Shown here: positions 28,665 through 42,837 of the stretch, piece by piece | Layout: every line of letters starts with the position of its first letter | Numbering within the stretch: the first letter of the stretch is position 1 | NCBI GenBank assembly: GCA_051294375.1 | Contig: CM119267.1 | Coordinates: 7,854,683-7,918,682 of the forward strand | Source of the DNA: Paraspadella gotoi | Lineage: Eukaryota; Animalia; Chaetognatha | DNA length: 64,000 bases | Direction: 5' to 3' | Made by a program: the position numbers and the translations under genes | The notes under the pieces: generated by a model | The model's input: the letters and a program-made list of their open reading frames with translations, nothing else | Databases searched by the model: none | What the model was told of the DNA's origin: nothing

Positions 28665-31600
28665 CTAAAGCAGAGGAAGGGGGTGGAGAGAAACACCGAC
28701 CGGGCGCGAGGTCTGGGCGAGCCAAGTCGCGCCCACCGTCGATCTCCAGTCTCTCAAACCCTTGGTCGAAACGAAGATTTCGTCGAACTGGCGATCGCCA
28801 GCGATCGCTACTCTGAGATAATCGCGCGAATTCTTAGATCGTCGAATAACAACAGGAGACGAGCGTGAAAGTTAAGTTCAAAATCTCGATGAATAAGCAA
28901 TAATTATCGGAAGGAAGTCCGGATTATAATAATCGAAAAAAGCTTCTTAAAAAAAAAGCGAAAGCGACTGATCACAAATAGAGCGCGAAAAAAAGAAGTG
29001 ACGCGTCCCGGCCAGCAGCACTTCTCGACAAGAGTGGTGCGGCGTCGGGGCTGGCCTGCAGCAGCTCTGCTGCCGCTGAGCCGGGAGGAGTATTTTTTTC
29101 GTTTGAACTTTGTTTCTGTTTCACCATCGTCTTGGTCACAGTATGCAACGGCGGGTGTCCTCGCCTTTTGGGGAGCAAAGGCTAAATGTGGGGGGTTTCG
29201 AATAAGATTATGTTCCCTGATGTTCTTTTCTTTTTTCGAAAAATCAATTAAGAAATCGTCATAATTTGAGTGACTAATTATGGCAAAATTGAATTATCAC
29301 GCTCGGGAAATTTTTTTTTTTAATTTCAGGGTTTTTTTTTTATTCCCGGTTTCGTTTTTAAAAGGCCCAGAAAAACAGTTTTATTTTTAGTATCCTGATT
29401 TCTTTTCTGATAATCAAATCAGTATTATTGTAAATAAAACAATGCTAACGTATGTTTAAGGCGAATTATTAAATTAGTTTTGCGGTGTGACTACGTATGT
29501 TTAAAAAAAAGATAGATACAGATAAGAGAGGAGAGAGAGAGAGAGAGAGAAACGAGAGAGAGAAAGAGAAGAGACTCAGACAACCAAAGACAGAGACTGA
29601 GGCAACAATGTTAGACTATGAACAGGATAAAAAAAAAAAAAGAAAAAAAAAAAAAACAAACAAAAAGCAAAACGAACCAAAGAGAGAGAGGAGAGAGAGG
29701 AGAGAGAAGAGAGGAGAAGTGGAGAGAGAGAGAGAAAGAGAAGAAGAGAGAGAGGGGAGAGAGAGAAATAAGGACCTAGGCTTACTCCATCATTCCCCTA
29801 CAAACGCGAGGTTGAGCTCGGAAACAATGGCGTGGTTTTGATAGAGCGACATCCTCGCATCTTATAATCCCCTCGCGCGCCTTCTCTGCCCAGCCCTCTG
29901 CCTCCACCCTTCTTTCCTTTCCTCTTACACTGCTTACTGCCGCTTCCTTTGCCAATCTCATAACAAACCAGCTGCCCCCGCGGCAACGTGAAAACAGGGC
30001 TCGGCCGTCCTCGGCCGTGATGAGAGAGGGAGGAAAGAGGGAGAAAGCAAGGAGGAAAGAAGAAAGGGAGGAAAAGGAGAAGGAGTCGAAAGGGAAAGGG
30101 AAAAAGGAAAAAGGAAGTTGGAAGGAAGAAGGAAGGGTTGAAAGTATAAAAGAATTAGAAAATACGAAAGGTGGAAAATGCTTAAAAAAGAAAGAAGAAG
30201 AGAGATGGAAAGGTGGAAATGAGGAGAAAATAAAGAGTAAATAAAAATCGGATTTTTTTATAAGTTCATATCATAATTTTCGATGATCTGACATGATCTA
30301 AGTGACTTAACGGACAAGTTTCTGTGGTAGAGACCGACGGACCGACTCAAGAGAATTGTCCCGAGCGCGGAATCTGCTGTAAAGCAAAATTAATGTTTAA
30401 AAGGCTGGAGAGAAATATGGGGAGAAAAAAAGGTTTAACGAGGGAAGAAGCAGAATGGAGGAAAAGACCTCAATGGAGAAAAGAAAAGAAATGAGAATTC
30501 CATTTGCATCGAAAGGATTCAATTGTTAAAAGGAAGGAAAGCAAGAGAAATGAAATTTAAAGAAGATAGGAGCAGACGGGGAAAAAAAAAAAAAAGTTAA
30601 AAAAGGGCAGAAGTCAGAGAAGCGGGATGTCAAAGTTGACTAAAACGTTTTTAATTTTAAATTTCATCATAATCAATTTAATATGCGAAAAATCGAAAAA
30701 AATACGTTTTCGGATTGAAAACCATTTCCTCTCCCCATTTCAGCTTAATCCCTGTTCACTTTTTCGATTAAAACTTGTGGTGCAAAGAAAAAGAAGAATA
30801 AAAAATGGTTCGTTTGTTAATAGAGAGCGCTAGCAAAAATGTGTTATATTTTCAATATTTCTTTTCTTCCCCTTCATTATTTCCTATAACCGCTCATTAA
30901 TTTTCTTTCCTGATATTAATCTCCTTTCCCAGGCTCCTGTAGTATAAGAATGTCTTAGTTTTTTTATTTGTTTTTCGTTTTATTCTCTATTTTAACTTCC
31001 GTACGTTCGACTTTTTTTCATTTTCTTTCGATCCTCGTCCCCACCGCCGCGCCGACATTTAAAAGTCCAAAAGCCAACCGAAGACGAATGAGATATACAA
31101 TTGGTCATAAGTTGACCGGTTTTCGAAAGGCGGCGTCGGCCGCCGGGGCACTTCACTCTCTCTCTCTTCCATGGGTCCTCCTAAGACACTTCCTAAGGCC
31201 CCACCCCAATCACCCCGTCACCCACTCAACCGAAACGGGAAACTTTGGCTCGGTTGATCAAAACTTTGAATTCGGCGCTTTAATTGGGAACTTTATGAGT
31301 GCTTCAAGCCACGTGTAATGATCGTAATAGCGAAAGAGCGACGGGACGAACGGCGCGGACCACGTGGCCGCGGTCGGAAAATGGTGTTTCGCGTGCCGGA
31401 CAAAGGGGGGGGGGAAGAGAGAGGGTGCTTGGAGAGAAGAGAGGGGGGCGACATAAAAAAAAAAACCTAAAAGGAATGTGAAGGAATAGAGCGACAAGCG
31501 GAACGCGGGCCACAGTTTAAAAGAGGGCGATATACGGCGGCTCCGAGATAATGAGGATCACAATTTATAACGAGCGATTTTATAACTCCCGTCATCTAAA

Positions 31601-33775
31601 TGCCTTTTTCCTTGTCACAGTATCGGAGATAAATCAGAAGGAGAATTAGGATTAGATTAATTTTTAGTTTAGATAATAATTAGATTCGTTTTAGACATAT
31701 TCGAGTCAAGGAAGACGATAGACGCTTGAAATCGCGAAAAGGATGAGAACCTCACGTTTTCCTCATCAAAACTAACGTCGTAAAAATAAAAAAAGCCCGC
31801 CGCCTTTTGGGCCCCCCTTGCCCGGTTTGATCGCGACCGTCCGCTCGACAACCGATGAAGCCAGTGAGCGCCGCCGGGGCCCCTTCTTTCCCTCGACATC
31901 TCTCCAACACACCCCTCGTCAACTTCGTCAGCCTCTTTCCAAACTTCCCGCTTTCATTTCCGTCAACTTTGTCAACCCACGGCCCTCTTTCGGGTCTCCC
32001 CACACTCTGCCGATTCGATCATATTTCTCTTCCCAATTTCGAGGCACACGACGCCATCTTTCAAAAAATTTGCGTCGAGGAATGAAGACGAGGCCGGCCG
32101 CCGCCGCCGCCGGCCGGCCGCGCGTGCCGCACGCGTTTGCCGCCGACAGTATCTCCGTCGGCGTTTCCACCCATTTCCTTCAAAATTTATTCGCAATTCT
32201 TTTTTGTCGTTTTGTCTGTCCGAGGGCTTTTTACGCCTAACGAGTCGGATCCGGGATCTCCGGTTGATGTCCAACTTTCGAGTTTTCTTTTTAACCAGGA
32301 AAATCGATATTGAAACGAGCCTAACAATGTGAACCAACCTTTTATTTACTTATCACAAAGCAAATGCCGAAATAACGCTATATTGCTATCCTTAATAACT
32401 AAAGGTTAAATTCATTATCTAGATTTTTTTTGGAAACGCCTACCAGTGGGGCACAACAAAACAGCGAATAGTATGAAGATTGGTACACACCAATATAAAA
32501 TTAATCCATAATTTATAAATAAGGAAGAACCTATCTTGCTCGACTTTGGACAGGATTTGTGGTTTAAGGGCCTGTCCATCACTCACTCTTACAACAAGAA
32601 AGATAATGTCATAGCAGGTCCCCTGCAGCTTTCAATCAAGACTCTCTCCCACTGAAGAGAAAAGGCGAGAGGCCGACGGGAGAGAGACGAGAAAGATACC
32701 GGCCAAGTTTCCGACGAATCTGACCGATCGATCGGACAAGGCAGATCCGACTCTTTCTTCCTCTCTCTCTCCTCCCTCTCTCTTTCCTCTCTCTCTCTCT
32801 CTCTCTTCTCCAAACTTTTACTTGGACAGGCTTAGACAAGACAGATTCAGATTCACTTGGTACATTTCATGGAACGCAAACCGTTTTTCTTACAAAGTTT
32901 CTACTAACGTTTTAGCTGAAGATTTCCTCCTGAACGATTTATGAATTCTCCTAACGATCGATTGGATTCTTCCATGATTTGTGGATTTCTCGCTTTATCC
33001 TACATTTGATTACAACTTATATTTACAATTTTGATTCCGGCATTTTTTCTTCTTTATGATTTCTCCCGAGCTTCAGTTTTCTATAAAAGCGTATGAAGAT
33101 TCTTTTCGTCAGAGCTACTTGCGACTAAGTGGGATCCATTCTCATCTCTAGAGGCGGTAGAGAGGCCGAGATTTCTCTTACAGTAAAAAAACGGACCCCA
33201 CCGCTTCAAAAGGTGAGCTGGTTTTTGTGATTGACTTGAATTGGATTAAAAAATTGTTTTCCAAGCTTGAACGACGAAATTCATATGACTGGAAATATCA
33301 ATCCAAAAGTGAATCTGATCGATGTGTATTGAATTGATTGATGTGATTGGCCTAATCGACCGATTGATTTGATTGATTTATTGATTCGATTAGTCAATCT
33401 TAGTATAAATGAGCCAATTGATTATATTTTTTCTCTTTTTCTTTTGCTTTTTTTTCTTTCAATGCTTTTTCCATCTTCTTCTGAAACGGAGAAAAAGGTT
33501 GGAAAATGAGACTGATTTCCGCAGTAAGGTTGGGGAAATCTTTTTTTTTTTAACATATTTTATAAAAACTAAATTAGACTTGTGACCAGATGTTTGAAAA
33601 ATCATGTCTTAATTATTTTTTTTCTACCATAATTTTATAATCTGATATTTTTAGTTTTTTCCTCTTTTCTTTATTTATTATTTCACTCAAAACTCCCTCA
33701 GTTTCCTTCTTTGTTTTTCTTCCTCTGTTTCTTTGTTTCTCGCTTTGTTTTTTCCCCGATCCCTCTTGTTCTCAC

Positions 33776-34044
33776 CGAGGATAGAAAGGCGATATAGCGG
33801 CGGCGGCGGCGGCGTTGAGATCCCCTCCTCTGGCGCCGTGGAAAGCCAGCAGGGCGCCGCCCCCTCCCGCCCCGCAGCCACTGGATCCCAAATGATCGCC
33901 GCCGCCGCCGCCTCCGTTGTGCGCGGCGGACTCCTCGGGCTCCGCGGCCGCCAGAGGGCAGAGGGCGGAAGGGGAGCCGGAATGGGGCGGAGATAAAGGA
34001 GAATTTGGGGCGAGGATTTCGTTTTTGGCGGCGAAGAAAGACAT
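33776..34044 (-). CDS. Pou4: Putative first coding exon of Pou4
   Basis: GC-rich ORF MSFFAAKNEILAPNSPLSPPHSGSP...GGGGGG...AAAAAAISPFYPR ending in the strong donor CG|GTGAGA (phase 2). Ala/Gly/Ser/Pro-rich as in transcription-factor N-termini. Same strand and upstream of the Pou4 core; the joined CDS is 1428 nt (475 aa). Confidence 0.55.
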
Positions 34045-34294
34045 GAAGGAGGCGGCGGCGAGGGCGATGTTGGAGGCGGGGCCGTCGACGAGAGAGTTGG
34101 CGGGGATCGCCTGCTTGAGCCTCGGCTCCTGCCGCCCCAGCCTCGCTGGACTCTCTCAGGGTTTTTCTGATTCTTTTCAACTCGTGTTAGTTAATCAAAT
34201 TTTTGTTATTGTTTGTTTTGATTTTATTTTAAACGTTTTTAGCCTCCAGGGGCTTTGTTCCTCTCTCTCTCTCTCTCTCTNNNNNNNNNNNNNN

Positions 34295-34330
<36 letters not shown>

Positions 34331-34362
34331 ATTCTCTTTTTTTCTTGCCTCACCGGAGACGC

Positions 34363-34784
34363 CAATATGCAAATGAGATTCTATGGTGCGAGAGAAATGC
34401 TTGCGATGAATCAATGGATAAACTTTGTTGATAATTTTTTATTGTTTCGCTTTAAACATAAGAACTACGGCTTGTTTTGTTTGGTTTGGTTTGGTTTTTT
34501 AGAAATTAAAAGTTTGTCACATTATTACACTGTTTTGAGATGTTTTGTTGCTTTGTTTCTCTATCGAAGGCCGATGTCGTTGGTTTATCCCAATTTCTCC
34601 TTCTGATTTTAAAGTACGTTTGATACGAAGCAACGACTAACCGTTATTTGTTTTTGTCGATTGTTTTCATTTTTTACCTTTTGTCTCATCCTCGCGCGAC
34701 TCGCGCCTTTGTTTACTCGGACGACGCCGACTACGACGACGACGACGCTGACGACGACGACGACATCAATATTCAAATGAGATT
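34363..34784. promoter_or_regulatory. Repeated octamer/E-box motif upstream of the putative Pou4 first exon
   Basis: CAATATGCAAATGAGATT (34363-34380) and CAATATTCAAATGAGATT (34767-34784) match at 17 of 18 positions; ATGCAAATGAG occurs again at 37328-37338. Confidence 0.4.
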
Positions 34785-34968
34785 AAAGGGTTCCGCGTCG
34801 TCACCGCGCCGGCCGACGCGAGATCCGAACCATCTTCGTTTTTTTTTTTCTTTCCTCTTTTCGCGGTCGGGCGAAGATTGCGACGCCGAGATGATTCAAT
34901 TACATCCTCGTAGAAATAAAAAATCAATTACATCCGCGTCGCCGACGAATTAAAAGCCGATCTGCGGG

Positions 34969-35093
<125 letters not shown>

Positions 35094-35366
35094 TAAGAAG
35101 GCGTGGTTGAAAAGCATTTGGTTGCCCGATAGATATGTAAATCAAAGACGTTGATGGCCCAATGCAGGCAACTTAACGTAACACGTGAAATTCACCGCAT
35201 AATCACATAAGGGTTTGTTTTTTGCTATTAAAAACAAATAGGGCACTCTCTCTTTTTTCCTATGGCATCTTTCTCTCGCTATAGTTAAGCAATAAACACC
35301 GTATATACGTGTAACCGGCCAATACCTTTTGGATATAATATTATAAAATCCTAATCTAATTTTCTA

Positions 35367-35741
35367 ACAAACAAGAACGGTAATTCCAATGTGTTGCGCC
35401 GCAGTAACTTTATATTCACGTGTATTACCTTATGATCAGATCATATGACATTACATGACATGATATGAACTGCATGAAAATTCCAACTTTTATTCTTTAT
35501 AGTTTAAGATGTTCTGAAGGCGGCGCAAGCAGTCCCTTAGATTTGAGGTTTTTTTCTGTCTTAACAAATGAGCAACCAACTATAAGCAAATTATAAGCAT
35601 TTTTAACGTAAGTGGGACAAACCGACAGACAGACATACCGACGGACAGACATACCGACGGACCGACCGACCGATAGACGGCAGGCCGACCGAAAAGTGAC
35701 TTATAGAGTTGCTCCGCGAGTATTCGCGGCGCAACTAAAAA
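35367..35741 (+). mobile_element. Non-autonomous Helentron-associated (HINE/DINE-1-like) element
   Basis: Begins near AAACAAGA, has an internal (GACA/GACG/GACC)n microsatellite, then AAGTGACTTATAG and the terminal hairpin AGTTGCTCCGCGA-GTAT-TCGCGGCGCAACT followed by AAAAA. A diverged copy lies at 51650-51860. Confidence 0.65.
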
Positions 35742-37070
35742 TATAAACGACAGATGATGAAACGAAACGAACGTGAAGAATAAAGTTGAAGATGAAAACG
35801 GCAAAAAAAAAAACAAACAAACAATAATAGCGATAACGACGACGACGACAACGACGACGATGACGATGACAACGAGCGGATTGCCGATCGGTTGTCTTCT
35901 TTGATGCGTGAAACAAAAATCCGTCAGATTCTTTCGTGACGATACGATGCTGCGATTTGAAAAAGATTTGGTAAGTTCAGCAGGAAAAAAAATCATTCAG
36001 GTGGCATTCACTGATTCAGTGCAGTTTAACACGTGTGTCTGGGTTATTTTGCAAGACAACGACTTAGTATGCAGCCCAGAAAACAATCTCCTTCTTATAT
36101 GTTTTTCGGTTGCTGTTGCCCTTATGGTTGTGTTCACTGATTTGATTGGAAAGCAAAGTGGTTAAGAATAAAATCTTAAAAAAAACTCCATGATTATAAA
36201 AAAAAGTATATTCGATTAATGAGATAAAAAATTCTCGCTGAATTTAATAAATAAAGAAGAAAAAAAAGAATACATTTTAGTATAGTATACTTTACAAAGG
36301 AAAGCAAGCGGCAACAATTATATTTACCTTGCATCAATTTTATAATAATTTGAGATCCAAATTAAAATTTAATTGTAATTGAGAGAAATTTATTTATTTA
36401 TCTAATCTGTTATCCCAAATTGAAAAAAAATTATACGTTTTTTATGCCCACTTACAAAAAATGTAATTTATGTCGGGAAATTGTTATGAAATTACCACAA
36501 CAAATACGTTAATTTCGGTTTAATTTAAAAAGGAACAGAAAATGAAAATGAGAAGAGAGAATAAGAAATCACATTAAATAAAAGTTAAACTTCACTCGCA
36601 TCATAGAAAAAACAAAACGACGACGAAACTTGAAAAATATGAGGAAAGTTGTGGAGAAACAATCCGATACCATCAAGGGAAAAAAATATGAGGAAGAAAA
36701 AAATGAGAAAATGAAAAAATGGTTCTGATGAAAGAAAAACGAAAAAGAAAAAAAAGTTTATTCCCTTATCAATATCAGTTTTCTTTTTTTCCATAATGTA
36801 ACATGATTTTAACATTAATATTTAGTACAGATCCAAGAACTCAATTGTTATAATTTTAATTTAAAAAAAAAAGGTTAAATGGGCAATCGTGTACATTTAA
36901 AATATGTGCGGAAGAATGAAAATCCGATGTCGTCGAGGACGAAGAATTACGTAAAATGTGAGAAAGTCACCAATTCGTGTGAATGAGTTGAAGTGACCCA
37001 TAGTGACGACGAGAACGAAGACGACGTCGTTCGTGAACCAAACACCATAGAAAGTGGTGAAAAACACCAC

Positions 37071-37072
<2 letters not shown>

Positions 37073-37162
<90 letters not shown>
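37073..37162. repeat. (AG)n microsatellite
   Basis: Pure GA run. Confidence 0.95.
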
Positions 37163-37164
<2 letters not shown>

Positions 37165-37989
37165 AAGACTATAGAGGGAACGCGTAAAAAAAAAGAAGGG
37201 GATGAGATGAGCGCGGTTCCATATAGGAGCGCGCGGGCGGAGAAGGGAAAAGGAGGAGGAGGAGGAAGAGGAGGAGGAGGAAGAAAAGAAGGGAAAGAAG
37301 AGGAAATAGACTGTGATAGACTGTTAAATGCAAATGAGAGCAATGAAAGGAAAGAGAGTCGCGAGTCAGTGAGGGGAAACCCACGGGAAATCCAACGCCG
37401 ACGACGATGACGACGAAGACGACGACGAAGACGACGACGACAATGACCAAAACGAGACAGCGTATTCCTTTTTATATTTTTTTTTCTACCTCGCTCACTT
37501 TCGTTCATAACATTTCCTTTATGAGGTAATTTCAAAAACGTACTACTTTTAAAAATTGAGATTAGGTTTTGTTAGTGACTCATACTGTACATTTAAATTT
37601 TTAGAACAGGTTTAATCCTGCTGATCTCCGATAATAACAATTGACTCATAACTTTTGCTTTTGGCAAGCCGGTGAGCATTCATTGCATAATTTACACTTT
37701 ATTTTTTTTGCCCTGAATTGGAGCAATACTCAAAAAGACAGTAGCACCGGATGTTTTCTTTGACAGGGGAAGAAAAAGGGGCTTGTGAGTGAGTGGAACT
37801 GTTGACTGCTGAGTCAGAATGATTCACTTGGTTCCTTCTATTGAAACTTCGTCTGTTATCCATTTGACTGACCTACAGAAGCAGTGATATATTTAAATTT
37901 AATTGATTAATCTCATTTTCATACCAAGCCTTCCTGTTAACATTTCCATTATTTTCATCGACCCTAATCATTCTCACTTCTTTTTGATT

Positions 37990-38200
37990 TTCCCCATCGT
38001 CACATTCATCCCCATCATTCTCAACGGCATCTCCATCATTCTCCCTATCATCCTCTCCATCATTGTCCTGGTTCTCCCCTTCAAAACTCCCCAGCCACAT
38101 CCCGTTCATTCTCCCCATCACTCTCCTCATTCTCCCCATCATTCTCCTCATTCTCACTCGAATCCTCTTCATTCTCTCCATCATTTTCACCCACATCCCC
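37990..38200. repeat. Degenerate minisatellite with ~12-bp units (TTCTCCCCATCA-like)
   Basis: Repeated CATTCTCCCCAT/CATTCTCCTCAT units; the source of the His/Pro-rich spurious ORFs here. Confidence 0.65.
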
Positions 38201-38312
38201 AAGATTGTCAGTGATTTTCCGCGGGAGCCTCGCTCTCGAAATGACCTCAAAGTCCTCCATAAAGACTCTCCGCCCTCGCGAATGAGTCGAGGTCTTCAAG
38301 AATTAACTAACG

Positions 38313-38344
<32 letters not shown>

Positions 38345-39276
38345 TCTCCTCTCTCGTCTCCTCTCTCTCTCTCTCCTCTCTCTCTCCTTTCTCTCTCTCT
38401 CTCTCCTTCTCTCTCTCTTCTCTCTCTCTCTCTCTCTTCTCTCTCAGCAGTGCCTAATCGATTCTAAAACTAAATCTAAGAAACGTTTTGCTATCCTAGT
38501 TAAATAATAGTTGATATATAAAAAAAGTCACTTCAATGTTTATGAAATATGCAGAATCCATCCTGTCTATAACGAATGAGAATTAAAATTTAAACATCGA
38601 AAGAGAACGAAATCACGGACGAGACGACGGAAAATTGCTTGAAAATCGGTTTCCAGTCTTTTTATCCCCCTTGAAGTTCCACCTTCTTCGTTATCCTTAC
38701 CTCCCATATCGTTTCTTCCCGAGCCAACACCTCGCTCGCATCTCGTACGAACTCGCCCATTTTCCCTCAAGTACCCAAGAGGTTAAACAAGGGGGAAGCG
38801 AAAAGCCTTTTTGATAGAATTCTACCCGATACCGAAACTAACCGAACTAACAATACTAATCTAAAAACTAAATTGAGTGATAAATAATAAATAATAAATA
38901 ATCGTAATCTGGCGAACTAATTTATCGAAACTCACATTAATGCTTCTAACAAATAATTACCCACCTAACTTTCACACAAACGCAGTCATTCTCTCTCTCT
39001 CCCGCCCCTCTTTCTCTCCCCCCTCCTCTCTCCCCCCTTTCGCTCCGGATATTTTTTCTCTAATTCATTTTGCATGTCAGCCTCGCTTCCTCTCCTCTCA
39101 TCCGCTCTGCCTGAGTGTCAGTGGAAAACCTGTCATCTCTTCAAATGAGAACATCGCGCCCGATACACCATAGGTAACTCAAGCGTTTTGACGACGACGA
39201 CGACGACGAACGATGCCGACGACGACATCAGCCCGAGAGTCTGGAATGGGGACCTTGGGGGCCCGACATTTCGAAT

Positions 39277-39342
<66 letters not shown>

Positions 39343-40006
39343 AATCATCAATATCATTAAATTCACCTCAAATTCTAAATCGCACAAAATTGAGAACAAA
39401 ATTTAGTATCTTTTAAAATTTAATTAGTGTATTAAATCCTTTCTTTTCGTTGCGTAGAGCGATTAGCAAAACAAATTTGAGATTCAACAACAAATAAATA
39501 AACAAATCGTTGTCGAATCTAAATTTGTTTTTGCTAAATTTAATTAAAAAAAAAAACCATCTCTTAATTTTGTTCCCACACTCTCTTCTCTCTTACCTCA
39601 CAGACAATACCTCACCGTACTTCGCCCCCCCTTTCGCAAAAAACCGAGAATCCACTTCCTCGATTCAAACCCTAAACTCGTTTTATTGTCACTCGTAAAA
39701 TCCCCTTTGGTTTCAACGCCCCCGCGTTTTTGCGCTCGTGAGCGAGGACACTAGTACGTGCGCTCATGCGAGGACTGGTCAGCATGCGTTTCGCTTTACA
39801 CGTACACTCGGAGCTCTCGGCCCCCACCACGAGTTTGCACGCGCGGCGCACGCAGGGGCACGCAAAGGCACGCAAGGCGGCGCGGGAGGCGTTCGCGAGG
39901 CCAGGTGACGTGGCAGGTTATAAAAAGACGTTTCCCTTCGCGTGCCTGTCGAAGGGAGAAGAAGGGGGGCGGGGAGGTGAGAAGGGAAGACTGTCGAAGC
40001 TGAGTG

Positions 40007-40045
<39 letters not shown>

Positions 40046-40053
40046 CGAGAGAG

Positions 40054-40084
<31 letters not shown>

Positions 40085-41981
40085 AGAGAGAGAGAGGAAG
40101 AGACGAGAAGCTCGAAGCGACGCGGGGGGAGATATTTTCGCGCTTTTGAATTTTGAACCCAAGCGAGAGGAAAGCTGAGGGAGGGTGATACGCGGAGAGG
40201 AAGAGAGAAAGGAGGAAGAAGAGAAAAAGGTTTGGAGAGATTGATTATAGAGATTAAGAAAATAAAATTGTATTTTCTATATAATTCAAGAAACGGATGT
40301 CTTTAAACTTCAAAGGCGGATAAGTGAAGATTGTATTGGAGCCTTTTAAGATGATTTATTATTTTCATTAAATGACAATACGAGATCAAGAATGATTTAT
40401 TATGTCTAATTAAAAACGAACGGAAAGATTTGTGTTTTAAACCTAAATTCCAAGAAGCCTCTTTCTTCGCGTTCATAAAATTAAAAATACATTATGTTAT
40501 GTTTAGCTTAGGTTTTACATTCATTTATTATAACAGATATAGTACGTATTATTATTTAAAAAATTATTCTATATCTAGTAACGTTTATCACTTGAATATA
40601 ATTATAAACGAAACCTCTTTATCTAAAAAAAAATTATAAATTAAAAAAAATAATAATTAAAAAAAGTAATCATCTAACTTTTCATAGAATTATATCTGTG
40701 TCTGTCAAAAAGGAATAGTTAAATATTAAATAATGAATCGAAAGTTGAGAGCTGAGACTATGGAAGCATCGTGAGAGATTGAGATGAGAATCAGGGAAGA
40801 GACAATTCGGATGACGACGACAGTTACGACGCAAAGTCGAGGTGACGGTCAAAAGGACAGAAAGTTGACTCGAGATCTCGAAGAAGAATAATAAGAATAA
40901 GAAGAATGAGAAGAAAAAGAATGAAAAGGTGAATGAAGGGTAAAAGAAAGAATATCGTCCGAAATCTGAAAAAAAAAAAGATTTACAAACCAAAATAAAA
41001 TAATCTCTTGCTTCATGATGGAGAGAATAAGAAAAGCCGCTTTACTTGACGCAAACTATTAATCGTAAACAATCGAAAAAAAACCAACCAAAAAACAACA
41101 ACTGCTCGACAAGCCTATTTTTTAAAAANNNNNNNNNNNNNNNNNNNNNNNNNCTCTCTCAGCAGTGCCTAATCGATTCTAAAACTAATCTAAGAAACGT
41201 TTTGCTATCCTAGTTAAATAATAGTTGATAATATAAAAAAAGTCACTTCAATGTTTTATGAAATATGCAGAATCCATCCTGTCTATAACGAATGAGAATT
41301 AAAATTTAAACATCGAAAGAGAACGAAATCACGACGAGACGACGGAAAATTGCTTGAAAATCGGTTTCCAGTCTTTTTATCCCCTTGAAGTTCCACCTTC
41401 TTCGTTATCCTTACCTCCATATCGTTTCTTCCCGAGCCAACACCTCGCTCGGCCATCTCGTACGAGACTCGCCCATTTTCCCTCAAGTACCCAAGAGGTA
41501 AACAAGGGGGAAGCGAAAACGCCTTTTTGATAGAATTTCACCGATACCGAAACTAACCGAACTAACAATACTATCTAAAACTAAATTGAGTGATAAATAA
41601 TAAATAATAAATAATCGTAATCTGGCGAACTAATTTATCGAAACTCACATTAATGCTTCTAACAAATAATTACCCACCTAACTTTCACACAAACGCAGTC
41701 ATTCTCTCTCTCTCCCCCCCTCTTTCTCTCCCCCCTCTCTCTCCCCCCCTTTCGCTCCGGATATTTTTCTCTAATTCATTTGCATGTCAGCCTCGCTTCC
41801 TCTCCTCTCATCCGCTCTGCCTGAGTGTCAGTGGAAAACCTGTCATCTCTTCAAATGAGAACATCGCGCCCGATACACCATAGGTAACTCAAGCGTTTGA
41901 CGACGACGACGACGACGACGATGCCGACGACGACATCAGCCGAGAGTCTGGAATGGGGACTTGGGGCCCGACATTTCGAAT

Positions 41982-42076
<95 letters not shown>

Positions 42077-42736
42077 ATCAATCAAATATCATTAAATTCA
42101 CCTCAAATTCTAAATCGCACAAATTGAGAACAAAATTTAGTATCTTTTAAAATTTAATTAGTGTATTAAATCCTTTCTTTTCGTTGCGTAGAGCGATTAG
42201 CAAAAACAAATTTGAGATTCAACAACAAATAAATAAACAAATCGTTGTCGAATCTCAAATTTGTTTTTGCTAAAATTTAATTAAAAAAAAAAAAACCATC
42301 TCTTAATTTTGTTTCCCCACTCTCTTCTCTCTTACCTCACAGACAATACCTCACCGTACTTCGCCCCCCCCTTTCGAAAACCGAGAATCCACTTCCTCGA
42401 TTCAAACCCTAAACTCGTTTTATTGTCACTCGTAAAATCCCCTTTGGTTTCAACGCCCGCGCGTTTTTGCGCTCGTGAGCGAGGACATAGTACGTGGCGC
42501 TCATGCGAGGACTGTCAGCATGCGTTTCGCTTTACACGTACACTCGGAGCTCTCGGCCCCCACCACGAGTTTGCACGCGCGGCGCACGCAGGGGCACGAA
42601 AGGCACGCAAAGGCGGCGCGGGAGCGTTCGCGAGGCCAGGTGACGTGGCAGGTTATAAAAAGACGTTTCCTTCGCTGCCTGTCGAAGGGAGAAGAAGGGG
42701 GGCGGGAGGTGAGAAGGGAAAGACTGTCGAGCTGAG

Positions 42737-42837
<101 letters not shown>

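Noticed and set aside
37873-38250. His/Pro-rich or Met/Arg-rich repeat protein
   Set aside because: Explained by a 12-bp minisatellite; no splice or start context.
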